Shown here piece by piece: positions 1-9,736 of a stretch of 64,000 nucleotides of DNA. The position numbers and the translations under genes are program-made. Below the pieces are notes generated by a model. The model did not search any database and was not told the origin of the DNA. It worked only from the letters and a program-made list of their open reading frames with translations. Position 1 is the stretch's first letter. The number at the start of each line of letters is the position of its first letter. Source of the stretch: Robiginitalea sp. (GTDB lineage: Bacteria > Bacteroidota > Bacteroidia > Flavobacteriales > Flavobacteriaceae); assembly GCA_050289825.1 (NCBI GenBank), contig JBNKGM010000006.1:13298-77297 (forward strand), given 5' to 3'.

Positions 1-183
1 GGCGTAACCGCCCAACACCAGCAACAACAGGGACAGGGGGTCGAATTCGCGAACGCCCAGGAAATAGCCGGCGACAGCCGAGAAAACCACGCTAACGGCC
101 AGTTTGGCCTTGGTGATCTCCTTGAAGTCGTGGAAGGCCAGTTGCAGGGAACTGGCCGGGACGGTACCGGTTGCGGATTTCAT
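1..183 (-). CDS. cyoE: Heme o synthase (protoheme IX farnesyltransferase), N-terminal part; runs off the window start
   Basis: Manual translation from the ATG at 183: MKSATGTVPASSLQLAFHDFKEITKAKLAVSVVFSAVAGYFLG..., matching the CyoE/CtaB N-terminus as I recall it. TATCTTTG box upstream. Confidence 0.8.
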   Translation of the reverse strand, partial: MKSATGTVPASSLQLAFHDFKEITKAKLAVSVVFSAVAGYFLGVREFDPLSLLLLVLGGYA

Positions 184-203
184 GCGCGCTTTCAGTCGGG
201 CTG

Positions 204-211
204 CAAAGATA
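204..211 (-). promoter_or_regulatory. Bacteroidota -7 promoter box (TATCTTTG) for cyoE
   Basis: Exact TAnnTTTG match 20 nt upstream of the ATG. Confidence 0.6.
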
Positions 212-270
212 GGGTGCAACATCCACCTATCCAACGCACTGTACTGAATTCACCAGAACCCTCTTTGAAC

Positions 271-303
271 AAATAAAAACCCCGGCTAATGGCCGGGGTT
301 TCT
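271..303 (-). terminator. Intrinsic terminator after tonB
   Basis: Stem AACCCCGGC/GCCGGGGTT followed by a T-run on the minus strand. Confidence 0.75.
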
Positions 304-322
304 GATTCTATGGTGCGGTATC

Positions 323-1033
323 TTACTGCAATTTGAACATGATCGGAATGCTGAAGGGCACCCGTACCGGACGACCACGCTGCTTACCAGGGGTCATCTT
401 GGGCAGTCTTTCTATGATACGACGCGCTTCCTCTTCCAGGTTTTTGTCCGGACCACGCAGGCGGATGTTGCCTATGCTACCGTCTTTCTGGATGGTAAAC
501 AGAACGGAAACACGTCCTTGAATACCCATTTCCTGGGCGATTTCAGGATAGCGGAAATTCTTCCGGATGTGTTCTTGCATTTTTTCGTTAAAGCAATCGC
601 GCAACTGTGATTTGGCTACGCTCTCACAACCCGGGAAAACGGGTACGTCTTCAATTACGGCGAAGGGAACGTCAATATCTTCGTCCATTTCTTCCACCTC
701 AACATCTTCAACTTCGATGATCTCCTGTTCCTGGCTGGTTTCAGTAGACTCGATAACGGTTTCTTCCACTTCTTCCTCGTCCTCAACCACCTCGATTACC
801 TCAGGGGCGGCAGGGGGCGGGGGCGGGGGCGGGGTTTTCAGCTGCTCGGTCATGGGCACCTCCTCGTCCAGCAATTCCTCTACGTCCATGGAGATATCGT
901 AATTGCTTGCTTCGTCGTAGGTTTTCCATTCGAAAGCGACATAAACCAACGCCATTACCACGACCAACCCGAGCACAAAGTACAGACTGCTGTTCTTTCT
1001 CAGATCGGCTTTGGGACTCTTTTTCAATTCCAT
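323..1033 (-). CDS. tonB: Energy transducer TonB
   Basis: N-terminal TM anchor, poly-Pro and acidic spacer, TonB_C motif RYPEIAQEMGIQGRVSVLF. Confidence 0.93.
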   Translation of the reverse strand: MELKKSPKADLRKNSSLYFVLGLVVVMALVYVAFEWKTYDEASNYDISMDVEELLDEEVPMTEQLKTPPPPPPPAAPEVIEVVEDEEEVEETVIESTETSQEQEIIEVEDVEVEEMDEDIDVPFAVIEDVPVFPGCESVAKSQLRDCFNEKMQEHIRKNFRYPEIAQEMGIQGRVSVLFTIQKDGSIGNIRLRGPDKNLEEEARRIIERLPKMTPGKQRGRPVRVPFSIPIMFKLQ

Positions 1034-1088
1034 GCTTTCAACATTTTAAAGGTTCGCTAATTTAACGATTCTTTCGACAAATATGCAA

Positions 1089-1490
1089 TTAATCCCTCCA
1101 TTTTAAAAACTCCGTTTCGTGAAATAGCCATTTCAGTGAGGCAACTGCAACCAACAGGCCCAGGGTGTTCGCCCCGGCATCGCGCCATTCGGCACTCCGG
1201 CCGGTAGGAAGCACCGCCTGAATCCCTTCAATCAGCAGGCCGTAAATCAGCAAAAAAGCGAAAAGGAGGGCCAGCGGTTTCGCGGGGCCAAACCGGGTGG
1301 CCAATCGCTCGCGGGCGGCAAGCCCGCCGAGCAACATCCCGACCAGGTAAAAGGCAAAGTGGGCGATTTTGTCTGCGTGCGGAATTTCAAATCCCGAATC
1401 TCCACCGAAATCGAGCGGGAGCAGGCAGGCTGCGGTTACGACCGCCATCCAACATGCGAACAGCAGGCCGAAACGCCGGTTTTTACCCAC
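1089..1490 (-). CDS. VanZ family membrane protein
   Basis: DKIAHFAFY and IEGIQ...[15 protein letters not shown] motifs. Confidence 0.85.
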   Translation of the reverse strand: MGKNRRFGLLFACWMAVVTAACLLPLDFGGDSGFEIPHADKIAHFAFYLVGMLLGGLAARERLATRFGPAKPLALLFAFLLIYGLLIEGIQAVLPTGRSAEWRDAGANTLGLLVAVASLKWLFHETEFLKWRD

Positions 1491-1863
1491 CGATAAGCTC
1501 CTTGTACTCTGAATCGCTGAGCAGGTCTTCCAGTTGCGAGAGGTCGCTCATCTCTACCCGGATCATCCACCCTTCCCCATACGGGTCGGTGTTCACTTTC
1601 TCGGGTTCGTCTTCGAGGCTCTCGTTGAATTCCACGATGGTCCCGCTAACCGGTAAAAACAGGTCAGACACGGTCTTTACCGCCTCGACTGTTCCGAAAA
1701 CTTCTTCCTGATCGAGGGTTTCATCTACCGTTTCCACTTCGACGTATACGATATCGCCGAGCTCGCCCTGGGCGAAGTCGGTGATCCCGATGGTGGCGGT
1801 TTTCCCTTCTACGCGAACCCATTCGTGATCGCGGGTGTATTTCAGGTCAGACGGAATATTCAT
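1483..1863 (-). CDS. gcvH: Glycine cleavage system H protein
   Basis: [10 protein letters not shown] and lipoyl-Lys motif VEAVKTVSD. Start moved to the ATG at 1863 because a promoter box lies at 1887-1894. Confidence 0.96.
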   Translation of the reverse strand: MNIPSDLKYTRDHEWVRVEGKTATIGITDFAQGELGDIVYVEVETVDETLDQEEVFGTVEAVKTVSDLFLPVSGTIVEFNESLEDEPEKVNTDPYGEGWMIRVEMSDLSQLEDLLSDSEYKELIGG

Positions 1864-1886
1864 CGGCTTGAGATTTAGCAATGCCG

Positions 1887-1894
1887 CAAATGTA
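1887..1894 (-). promoter_or_regulatory. -7 promoter box (TACATTTG) for gcvH
   Basis: Exact TAnnTTTG match. Confidence 0.6.
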
Positions 1895-1953
1895 ACTTTT
1901 TCCTGCCGGACCTGTCAAGGGGGAGCGGAAAAAAAGCCGGTTTGCCCAGGCGG

Positions 1954-4900
1954 TTAGTTGCCGAAGTTGTACCGCAGCGTAAAGCCGGTGTTGATGGTGG
2001 TTTGCGGGAAGGCCGTGGATACCGCAAACTGGGAGAAGGAATGGTCGTAGAAAAACAGGGCGTTCAGGTTCTTGCTCAGGGCGTAATCGGCTGTGAATTT
2101 TACCGAGAACATATTCTGGCCCGAGGTAATCTGGTTGTTGTCGATATCGAGGTTGCGAATAATGGTAATGTTGTCGCGCAGGCTGAAATCGGCCTTCAGG
2201 TTGAGGTCGCCTTTCAGGCGGGTGCGCTCGCCCCCGATACGGGTTACGAACTGTACATCCTTGAAGCGGTACCCCAGGCCCAGGGTGTATTCCTTCCCGT
2301 TGATCTCAGTGAGCAGGTTGTTGTCGAAGCTCAGCGAAAGGGCCCTGTCGCGGCGTATCTCGGCCAGCAGGCTCAGCGAACTCTGCATCTCGAAATCGAC
2401 CCGGATTAGGGGGTTGAACTGGTCGCTAAGCACCACATTGTTCACGATCTGCTCGGGCATCAGATTCTGGGTTTCCTGCTCTATCGGCGGAAGCCCCTCC
2501 TGGACAAGCTGGTACCGCTCCAGATTGGTCTGGAACGAGTTCACGGTATAGGCGGCCCGGTACCCGTGGCTCAGGGAGAAGCGCTTGAATTTCTTCTTGA
2601 ACCACTTGTTTTTCATGAGCCCGGTATACTTCACATTCCAGTTCGGGATGGGGATCTGCCTGAAGATATCCAGGTTTACCCGGTCTACGTTTTGCCCGGA
2701 ATAGGCTGCGAAGAAGGCAGGCAAGAGCACCTCCTGGTGCGTTTTGCCGTAGCGGATGGGGAAGCCGTCTTCATCCACGCCAATGTCGGCCCCACCCCGG
2801 TCGGAAAGCAGGCGGTTGGCGATCGTAAGCCGGTTTTCCTTGAAGGTTTCAAAATTGTCGGAGCGCTGCTCGTCGCTCTGGCTGAAAGCCGTGCCCAGCA
2901 TCAGGGTAGAGATGCTGAAATTCCCGTAGGTGTTTGGCGCCTGGGGCTCGTACACCCCGTCGGTGATGCTGAAATTCTCCTGCAGGGTCTCGGAGTACTG
3001 CCGGTCGGCGATCAGGTCGATGGTAAGCTCCTGCACGGGCTGGGCCGTGGCGGTGAGGTTAAGCTGGTCGTTCAGGCGGCTAACGAACTGTTGGTTAAAC
3101 TCGTTGTAGTCGGTCAGCCATCCGTTGCCCGCGGCCCGCTGGCGGATATCGGCCTGGCTGCCCAGCACAAAGCCCAGGGTGGGTTTGCTCGTGCCCAAAA
3201 AGCCGATAGACCGCGTATAGCCCGGGAGCAGGGTACCGCTGTTGCGGCTGTAGTTCACATTCACACGTTTGACCATGGTAACCAAATCGATTAAGGCACC
3301 GCCCAGGGAACTGGTCTTTTTCGATAACCCCTGCTCGGCTCCTGCACGCGCATTGCCCGCCTTGTCGGTGCGTGGCCCGGCCGGGGCAGCCTTGCCCCCC
3401 GACTTGACCAGCCCAAGGCGGTCGTATAGCCGCTGCATGCTCAGGGTGGAGCTAAGCACATGGGTATTGGCATTCTGGATGGTGTTGATCGAAGGCAAAT
3501 CGAGTTGGTCTTCGGGTACACCGGGGTTCTGGCCCTTGGCTACAGCGAGGTTCAGGGCGTCGCCCCCGCGTTGCCAGTCAAAATCGCCCGTATAGGTATA
3601 CTGTGCATTCACAAAGTCGAGGACCGGTATTTTAGACAGGGGCAGCTCGTAGTTCAGGGTCATTTGCTGGGCGTGCCGGTTGGGTTCACCAATATCGAAG
3701 AACCCGTTCCAGAGGGTCTGTTCATCGAGGATGGTCGAGAACGGGTTGCCCTCCTCCTCGTAATAATTCCGGATGATGTTGTTGTTGGAACCCGTGAATT
3801 GCAGGCGCAGCGACTTGGTGAGCGAATAGTTCAGGTTGTACTGCCAGTTAAGCATGTAGTTGCGCTGCTGCAACAGGGGCAGTTGCAGGGTTTCCACCCC
3901 TGGCTCGAGCACATCGCGGAACCGCTGTTGGTTAAACTGGCGGTTGATGTCTGACTGCACCGAGATGCTGGTGGGCAGCAGGTTAAAATTGAGGTCTTTG
4001 AGCCACTTCCAGTACGCCCCGGTAAAGAGGGAGTCATTCTTGGCAAAGGGCTCCACGGTGGACGGCTTGAAATTGTAGTTGTACAAAAAGCCGGTCTGCA
4101 CGCTCTGGTTTTTGAGGTCGGCGATTTCGAAATCGCGGTGGTTGGTCTCGTTGTACGAATAGTTGAAAGTGAAGTTTTCGATGTCGAAAAAGTTGGCCTC
4201 CGCTTCCTCGCTCCGGTTCTTGCGCACGCCGATAAAGTTGATGCTGGTTCGTTTGGTGTAATCTTCGGCCTGTTCCTGGATCTGGGCAGCTTCGTCGGAA
4301 GTGTTGGCGGCATCGAGGCGATCTTGCAGTTTGAGGTCGTCGTAAACCGGGTCGAATTCAGGAGTAATGAGTTGTTCGGCTATACCGTAGTTGAATGGCA
4401 CCTGAATGCCCCAGTTCTCGGGCAGCAGTTTGCCGAGTTCCACATTGGTAACCAGGTTGTAGGAAATGGCGTCTTCCCGGGCCCGTTCGTTGGGCATCTG
4501 GTCGAGCGAACCGAATCCTGAGGTGCTCGTGTTCGCCGTGGCAGAAACGTTTGCGAAGTCGGCCATGTTGGCGTCAAGGGCCGCCACGGCAGCCCACCCG
4601 CCCTTGTTGTCTAGTCCGGCCAGCCGCAACTCGTTAAACCAGGTCTCGGCCCGCAGCGGAATATTGTCGATGTTCTTCACCCCTACCATCATGCTGCGGA
4701 TGCTTCCAAGGGAGGGGTTTCCGCGAATCCCGATCCGCATGCGGCCGGCCTCGCGAGGGGCGAATTCGTCTACCACCACCACCTGTCCGTCGATTACCTC
4801 GTAGTAGGTTATCTGGCCCAGAGACTGGTCGGCAATGCCTTGCGACTTCACCTTGTTCAGGTCTGAAAGGGCCACGTTGAGTTCGTTGGTGGCGGGCCAA

Positions 4901-7900
4901 ACCTGTTCGGGGGTGGTTGCCGAATAATCGGTAAAGGAAAGCGGCACCTCGATTTGGTAAAAATTTTCCGAAAAATCGGTCCCCATGCGTAAAAAGCCCA
5001 CCAGCGACTGGTGGTCCTGGTAGGGGTCTGAGGCGTTTACCTTCTCGGCGTGCAGGAACATCTTGATGCGCTGGTACTGCCGCATGTCCATATTCACGTT
5101 TTTGAAAACGCCCCTTGAATCCTGGGATTCCAGGTTGTTGACCACCAGGGAGAGGGATTGCTCGTTCTGGCGCACAATGGTGTTGTTGTTGTTGAGCTGT
5201 TCACGGAAAACCCCAGGGGGCAGCACATACGGAATCGGGACCCGCGCCTCGTTCTCTTCGATGTTTACGGTATTTACATCGAGGGTGGTACCGTCGTCTG
5301 CCGGGTTATCCTGCCCGGTCTGCAACGACTTGGTGTAGGTACGCCAGTCGCCCCGCACCAGGTCGAGGGTGGCAAAGCGCAGCACCACCGGAGTGGTAAA
5401 GCCGGTAACGTACATCCGCATAAAGCTGATGGAGCGAAAATCGGCAATCCCCCCTATGGCATTGCTGAAATCGCTCAACGGGATTTTAAACTGGATCCAC
5501 CGGCGGTTGAGCTGGGAGCCGTTCGGCAGCACGGGGGTTACCCCTTCCTTTACATCGGTTACATAGGGGTCGTCTACCGTGAGCCCGGGCCTGATCGGGA
5601 TGCGGTACTCGTAGTAGCTGTTTACCGTATTCATGGTAAGGTCGCGGTCTACGTCTTCGGTATCGGGCAGGGTGGTATTGCCCCGGTTGGTATTGGTCAC
5701 CGACACAGGGGAGTTCCCATCCGGGTTGTTGAAATCGAGGTAACGCTCCAGGAGGGTCCCTTCCCGGTTCAGGTAATAGGTGTAGTTGTCCAGGGCGGGG
5801 TCTTCGGCAGGCCCGTTGTACCCCTTGGCAGCTTCCTGGGCATCGGGCAGGCCGTCGTAGCCGATATCCTGCAAACCGCGGTTGGTGGCGTTGGCGTCGA
5901 AGGCGTACACCAGGGCCTGGGTAGCGGGTACCTGTCCCCAGACAGTCTGGGCCACCAGGTCGCTGGAATTTTGGCCGGGCAGGCCGTTTTCGTACTGTTT
6001 GCGTCCGTCTTGCAGAATGTCCTCGCTGATGTTCCCCAGGTTGAATACCAGTTCGCCGGGCCCGGTGGCCTCCCCGTCAACATAAGGGTCAAGCATCCAG
6101 AACTGCACAAACTCCACATTAGACTGCTCGAAGTTGGTGCTCGAAAGCGAGCGCATGATACCGGCCCATTTGTCGGTGGCGGGTTCGCTGGCAAAGTTCG
6201 GGTTGGCGTTATAGGGACCTTTCTGGTTGGGGTAGTAGGCCAGGTCGAGGGTATTTTGCACGGTGGTCTGCCCCTGGGCAACATCGATTCGCGGAAACAC
6301 CTCGTCGATGTAGATGCGGCGGGTCGCGTTCAAAGACACGTCGTTGTCTGACACCCCAGAGGGGCGTTGGTTCGTATAGAAGATCGGGTCGATCGTGTAC
6401 CAGGCCATCTTGGCTCGTTCGAATCCGGTGGCCAGGTCGTCTTCCCCTTCATTCAGGAATTCCAGGGGGGTGCTCGCCAGGCTCCACCCCAGGGAGGCGC
6501 GGATGTCGATCAGGGCCTGCGCCCCCTCAAAGTCGTCAATATAGGAGGTGGTTTCGCCCTGGAAATTGGCATTCTTGGGCGAATTCGGGCTCAGGAAGGC
6601 CACCTCGCCCCGCAGGGAAACATTCGAGGGCACGTCGGTGTCGACATTGGGCAGCATATTGGCCAGGCGGGTCAAAAATGGCACCTCGGTTGAAAAGTTG
6701 CCATTCAGCCCAAAGATGGTATTGTTTACAGGTTCTACCCCGAAATTGGCCTTCTGGGTAAGGGGTCGCTCGTTCAGGTTGAGCAGGGTACCGCCCAGCA
6801 CGAATTTCTCACTGAAGCGGTGCTCTACGTTCACCCCGGTAAACCGACGGGTTTGCTGCCCGAAAACAGCGTTGTTTTCGACCGAAATATTGATGGGCAC
6901 GTTAGAAGCCTGCAGGCTGGGGTCGAGGATTTGCACCGTCCCGGCCTGGTAGTTTACCGTATAGTCGATGCCTTCCTGCAGCTGCCGCCCCCCGGCCGTA
7001 ACCCGTACCGAGCCCCGGGGCACGTTGTAGGCGCCGATGGGGATGCCGTTCCCGCTTTCCGATTTGTAGCGACCCTTCAGGCGGAACCGGTTCTTCTCGG
7101 CATCCTGCAAAGAAGCCGCCTTGGTCTGGGTATACATGTTGCGGAACACGTACTTCTGCTGGTTGGCATTGTAGCCCTGGTCGTTTGGCAGGTCGTAAGT
7201 GCCGCCGCCCAACAGGTCAAAGAGGAACTCCCCGAAAGGCTCCACTTTGGTAAAGATGATGAGCCCGTTGGTGGTATTCACCGTAAGGCCCGGCACAAAA
7301 TCGAAGAAACCGTCTCCCCCGGGTTGCACGTCGTTGTACATGTTCAGGCGGTCGAGGTTGAACACGTCGAGCAAGATTCGTTCCTGCAACGGCTTGGGCG
7401 TATTGGGCCAGCCCGTATTCGGGTCTACCGGAGTAATGTAGTTGCGCGGGGTCGGGTCAGAATACAGGATGTTCAGCTTGAAATCTTCCTGGCTGAGCTG
7501 GTAGGCTCCCGTGGCGTAGATGTTTTTCATCATCAGGTCCCAGATCGGGTCGCCCACGTTGGTGATATTGCTCTTGAGCAATTTCAGCACCAGGGTGTTG
7601 TTGTTGATCTCGACCTGGGCGCCCGGGCTTACCGTGGTGGCGTCGAGCCCGCCATTGGCAAATTCCCCCACCTGGTAGATCTGGCCGTTGTAGGTATACT
7701 GGAAGGCTACAGCCAGCACCTCATCGTTGCTCAGGCGCTGGTTCAGGGAAATGTATCCCAGTTGCGAGTTAAAGGCATAGTCGCGGCCCGGTTCCAACTT
7801 GCGCGCATTCTCCAAAATGGCGTAGTCGAACCCCTGGTTGGCCACATAGCCCCCCGGGATCTGGAAGGCATCGTCTACCGTGGCGATATCGCGAACCGCA

Positions 7901-9123
7901 TCGGTGAGCACGCCCCCGGCCCCGATCAGGTTGGGGTCGAAATCGTTGGCGCCGTTGCGCGGCAGCTCCGGGTTGGCCCCGCCAATGTTGAAAAAGCCGG
8001 GAGGGGCGCCCCCGGCCCGCCCGATGCGCGTCTGGTCTTCGAGGGATTCCCCGAGATCCTGGATGGCTACCAGGTTGCGCACATTCAGGGTTTGCTGGCT
8101 CCGGTTGGTAACCCATACCTCGAGGCGGGTAAGTTGCACCTGGCTGCTGATGTAGGGGTAGTCTGCCAGGGCCTTGTCGTACTGATCGCGGAAGTACTGC
8201 GACAGGAAAAAGTGGCGGTCTTCGTCGTAATCGAGGGCCGTAAGTTCAAAGTCGTTAATGGTTCCGCCTCCCTGGGCCACCACGGTATTGTTCTGGGAGC
8301 GCTGTTCGGAGAATACGGCGGTTACCGTGGTTTTGCCGAACTGCAGCTGGGTTTTTACCCCGAAAAGGCTCTGGGCCCCTGTAATCAGGGAACTGTTCAG
8401 GGGCATGTTTACGTTCCCGATTTCGATCTTGCGGATAATGTCGTCTTCGGTGGGCGTGTAATCGAGCTTGATCAGGTTCTGGAAGTCAAAGGTGGCTTCG
8501 GTATCGTACTGGGCGGTAACCTGCAGGCGCTCCCCGATTTTCCCCAGCATACTCAGGCTAATGCGCTGGTCAAAATCGAATGCCAGGTTGCTGCGGTTGC
8601 GGGGCGAGAGGGCGGGGTTGTCGTTTTTCTGCCAGATTATACCCAGGTCCATGGCCACAGATCCCTGGGGTACCACCTCAATGGAGTTCCCGCCGAAAAT
8701 GCTTTCGAAAAAGCTGTTGTTCACATAAAAGTTAGGCAGGAGGTTTTTCCGCGCCTCTTCGCTGCCTTCCTTTTTCCCGCTATAGGCGTCGATCTTCTCC
8801 TTGAAGTACGATTTCATCTCTTCGCGGCGAACCAGTTGCAGGTACTGCTCGGGGGTGAGGATAATGGGATAGGAAATATCGTAGTCGCCTACCTTTTCAG
8901 AGTAGATGTAGCGGTCGAGAAGGGGGTCGTAGGTATAACGGGAAATGATGCTTTCCGGGTTTTCCATCCTGAGCCGGCCCAGGGAGAAGCCGGTCTGTAC
9001 CGTGTCGATTTCCTGGATTGTGTCCTGCGCGTTGGCCCCCTGAAGGGATGCAAGCAGGAAAATGAGGAAAATAAGAAACGGTATCCGGTACGGAATGTAA
9101 AATGCCGATGCCCCTGTTTTCAA
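1954..9123 (-). CDS. sprA: Type IX secretion system outer-membrane translocon SprA (Sov), 2389 aa
   Basis: Size, signal peptide, SprA-typical motifs (FDFDQRISLSMLGKIGERLQVTAQYDT, C-terminal GFTLRYNFGN) and position between ruvA and gcvH. Confidence 0.93.
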   Translation of the reverse strand: MKTGASAFYIPYRIPFLIFLIFLLASLQGANAQDTIQEIDTVQTGFSLGRLRMENPESIISRYTYDPLLDRYIYSEKVGDYDISYPIILTPEQYLQLVRREEMKSYFKEKIDAYSGKKEGSEEARKNLLPNFYVNNSFFESIFGGNSIEVVPQGSVAMDLGIIWQKNDNPALSPRNRSNLAFDFDQRISLSMLGKIGERLQVTAQYDTEATFDFQNLIKLDYTPTEDDIIRKIEIGNVNMPLNSSLITGAQSLFGVKTQLQFGKTTVTAVFSEQRSQNNTVVAQGGGTINDFELTALDYDEDRHFFLSQYFRDQYDKALADYPYISSQVQLTRLEVWVTNRSQQTLNVRNLVAIQDLGESLEDQTRIGRAGGAPPGFFNIGGANPELPRNGANDFDPNLIGAGGVLTDAVRDIATVDDAFQIPGGYVANQGFDYAILENARKLEPGRDYAFNSQLGYISLNQRLSNDEVLAVAFQYTYNGQIYQVGEFANGGLDATTVSPGAQVEINNNTLVLKLLKSNITNVGDPIWDLMMKNIYATGAYQLSQEDFKLNILYSDPTPRNYITPVDPNTGWPNTPKPLQERILLDVFNLDRLNMYNDVQPGGDGFFDFVPGLTVNTTNGLIIFTKVEPFGEFLFDLLGGGTYDLPNDQGYNANQQKYVFRNMYTQTKAASLQDAEKNRFRLKGRYKSESGNGIPIGAYNVPRGSVRVTAGGRQLQEGIDYTVNYQAGTVQILDPSLQASNVPINISVENNAVFGQQTRRFTGVNVEHRFSEKFVLGGTLLNLNERPLTQKANFGVEPVNNTIFGLNGNFSTEVPFLTRLANMLPNVDTDVPSNVSLRGEVAFLSPNSPKNANFQGETTSYIDDFEGAQALIDIRASLGWSLASTPLEFLNEGEDDLATGFERAKMAWYTIDPIFYTNQRPSGVSDNDVSLNATRRIYIDEVFPRIDVAQGQTTVQNTLDLAYYPNQKGPYNANPNFASEPATDKWAGIMRSLSSTNFEQSNVEFVQFWMLDPYVDGEATGPGELVFNLGNISEDILQDGRKQYENGLPGQNSSDLVAQTVWGQVPATQALVYAFDANATNRGLQDIGYDGLPDAQEAAKGYNGPAEDPALDNYTYYLNREGTLLERYLDFNNPDGNSPVSVTNTNRGNTTLPDTEDVDRDLTMNTVNSYYEYRIPIRPGLTVDDPYVTDVKEGVTPVLPNGSQLNRRWIQFKIPLSDFSNAIGGIADFRSISFMRMYVTGFTTPVVLRFATLDLVRGDWRTYTKSLQTGQDNPADDGTTLDVNTVNIEENEARVPIPYVLPPGVFREQLNNNNTIVRQNEQSLSLVVNNLESQDSRGVFKNVNMDMRQYQRIKMFLHAEKVNASDPYQDHQSLVGFLRMGTDFSENFYQIEVPLSFTDYSATTPEQVWPATNELNVALSDLNKVKSQGIADQSLGQITYYEVIDGQVVVVDEFAPREAGRMRIGIRGNPSLGSIRSMMVGVKNIDNIPLRAETWFNELRLAGLDNKGGWAAVAALDANMADFANVSATANTSTSGFGSLDQMPNERAREDAISYNLVTNVELGKLLPENWGIQVPFNYGIAEQLITPEFDPVYDDLKLQDRLDAANTSDEAAQIQEQAEDYTKRTSINFIGVRKNRSEEAEANFFDIENFTFNYSYNETNHRDFEIADLKNQSVQTGFLYNYNFKPSTVEPFAKNDSLFTGAYWKWLKDLNFNLLPTSISVQSDINRQFNQQRFRDVLEPGVETLQLPLLQQRNYMLNWQYNLNYSLTKSLRLQFTGSNNNIIRNYYEEEGNPFSTILDEQTLWNGFFDIGEPNRHAQQMTLNYELPLSKIPVLDFVNAQYTYTGDFDWQRGGDALNLAVAKGQNPGVPEDQLDLPSINTIQNANTHVLSSTLSMQRLYDRLGLVKSGGKAAPAGPRTDKAGNARAGAEQGLSKKTSSLGGALIDLVTMVKRVNVNYSRNSGTLLPGYTRSIGFLGTSKPTLGFVLGSQADIRQRAAGNGWLTDYNEFNQQFVSRLNDQLNLTATAQPVQELTIDLIADRQYSETLQENFSITDGVYEPQAPNTYGNFSISTLMLGTAFSQSDEQRSDNFETFKENRLTIANRLLSDRGGADIGVDEDGFPIRYGKTHQEVLLPAFFAAYSGQNVDRVNLDIFRQIPIPNWNVKYTGLMKNKWFKKKFKRFSLSHGYRAAYTVNSFQTNLERYQLVQEGLPPIEQETQNLMPEQIVNNVVLSDQFNPLIRVDFEMQSSLSLLAEIRRDRALSLSFDNNLLTEINGKEYTLGLGYRFKDVQFVTRIGGERTRLKGDLNLKADFSLRDNITIIRNLDIDNNQITSGQNMFSVKFTADYALSKNLNALFFYDHSFSQFAVSTAFPQTTINTGFTLRYNFGN

Positions 9124-9128
9124 ACTTT

Positions 9129-9710
9129 TTACAAATTTTTAAGCGCCAACTTGATAATGCCCTCGACGCTTAGAGAAGGGTCCTGCTTCAGCACGGCTTC
9201 CACCGCCTTCTCGGACTGCTTGATGCCGAAGCCGAGAACCTCTAATGCTGATAACGCTTCTTCTTTATTTGTATTGTTTGGTTTGTGGGAAACTTCGTCC
9301 AGTTCGTAAATTTTCAGAATCTTGTCCTTCAAATCAAGGATAACCCGCTGGGCGGTCTTGGCCCCAACCCCCTTCACAGCCTGTATGGCGGGCACGTTTC
9401 CGGAGCCAATGGCTTCGCAAACCTGCTCGGGGGTCATTGCCGAAAGCATGGTGCGGGCAATGCTTGACCCAATGCCCGAAACCGAGATCAGCAACCGAAA
9501 CACCTCGCGCTCGGCCTGGGTCCAGAAACCGAAAAGGGTGTGGGCATCTTCCTTGATTTGCAGGTAGGTGTGAATGCGCAGTTGTTCCTGGTCGGGAAGG
9601 GCCGCAAAGGTATTCAGGGAAATGTTGACGAAATAGCCCACTCCTCCGCACTCAATCACCAAGTGGGTGGGGTGTTTTTCGATGAGTTTGCCGCTAAGGT
9701 GATGAATCAT
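9129..9710 (-). CDS. ruvA: Holliday junction branch migration protein RuvA
   Basis: LVIECGGVGY, LISVSGIG and VKGVGAKTAQRVILDLKDK motifs. Confidence 0.97.
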   Translation of the reverse strand: MIHHLSGKLIEKHPTHLVIECGGVGYFVNISLNTFAALPDQEQLRIHTYLQIKEDAHTLFGFWTQAEREVFRLLISVSGIGSSIARTMLSAMTPEQVCEAIGSGNVPAIQAVKGVGAKTAQRVILDLKDKILKIYELDEVSHKPNNTNKEEALSALEVLGFGIKQSEKAVEAVLKQDPSLSVEGIIKLALKNL

Positions 9711-9736
9711 GGTGTTGGTTATTTTAAGCCCGGCGG

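Noticed and set aside
6820-9309. 829-aa plus-strand ORF, and other long antisense ORFs such as 5158-6351, 46041-47195 and 36152-37384
   Set aside because: Shadow frames of GC-rich genes (sprA, DUF2723, nusA) with no recognisable motifs.
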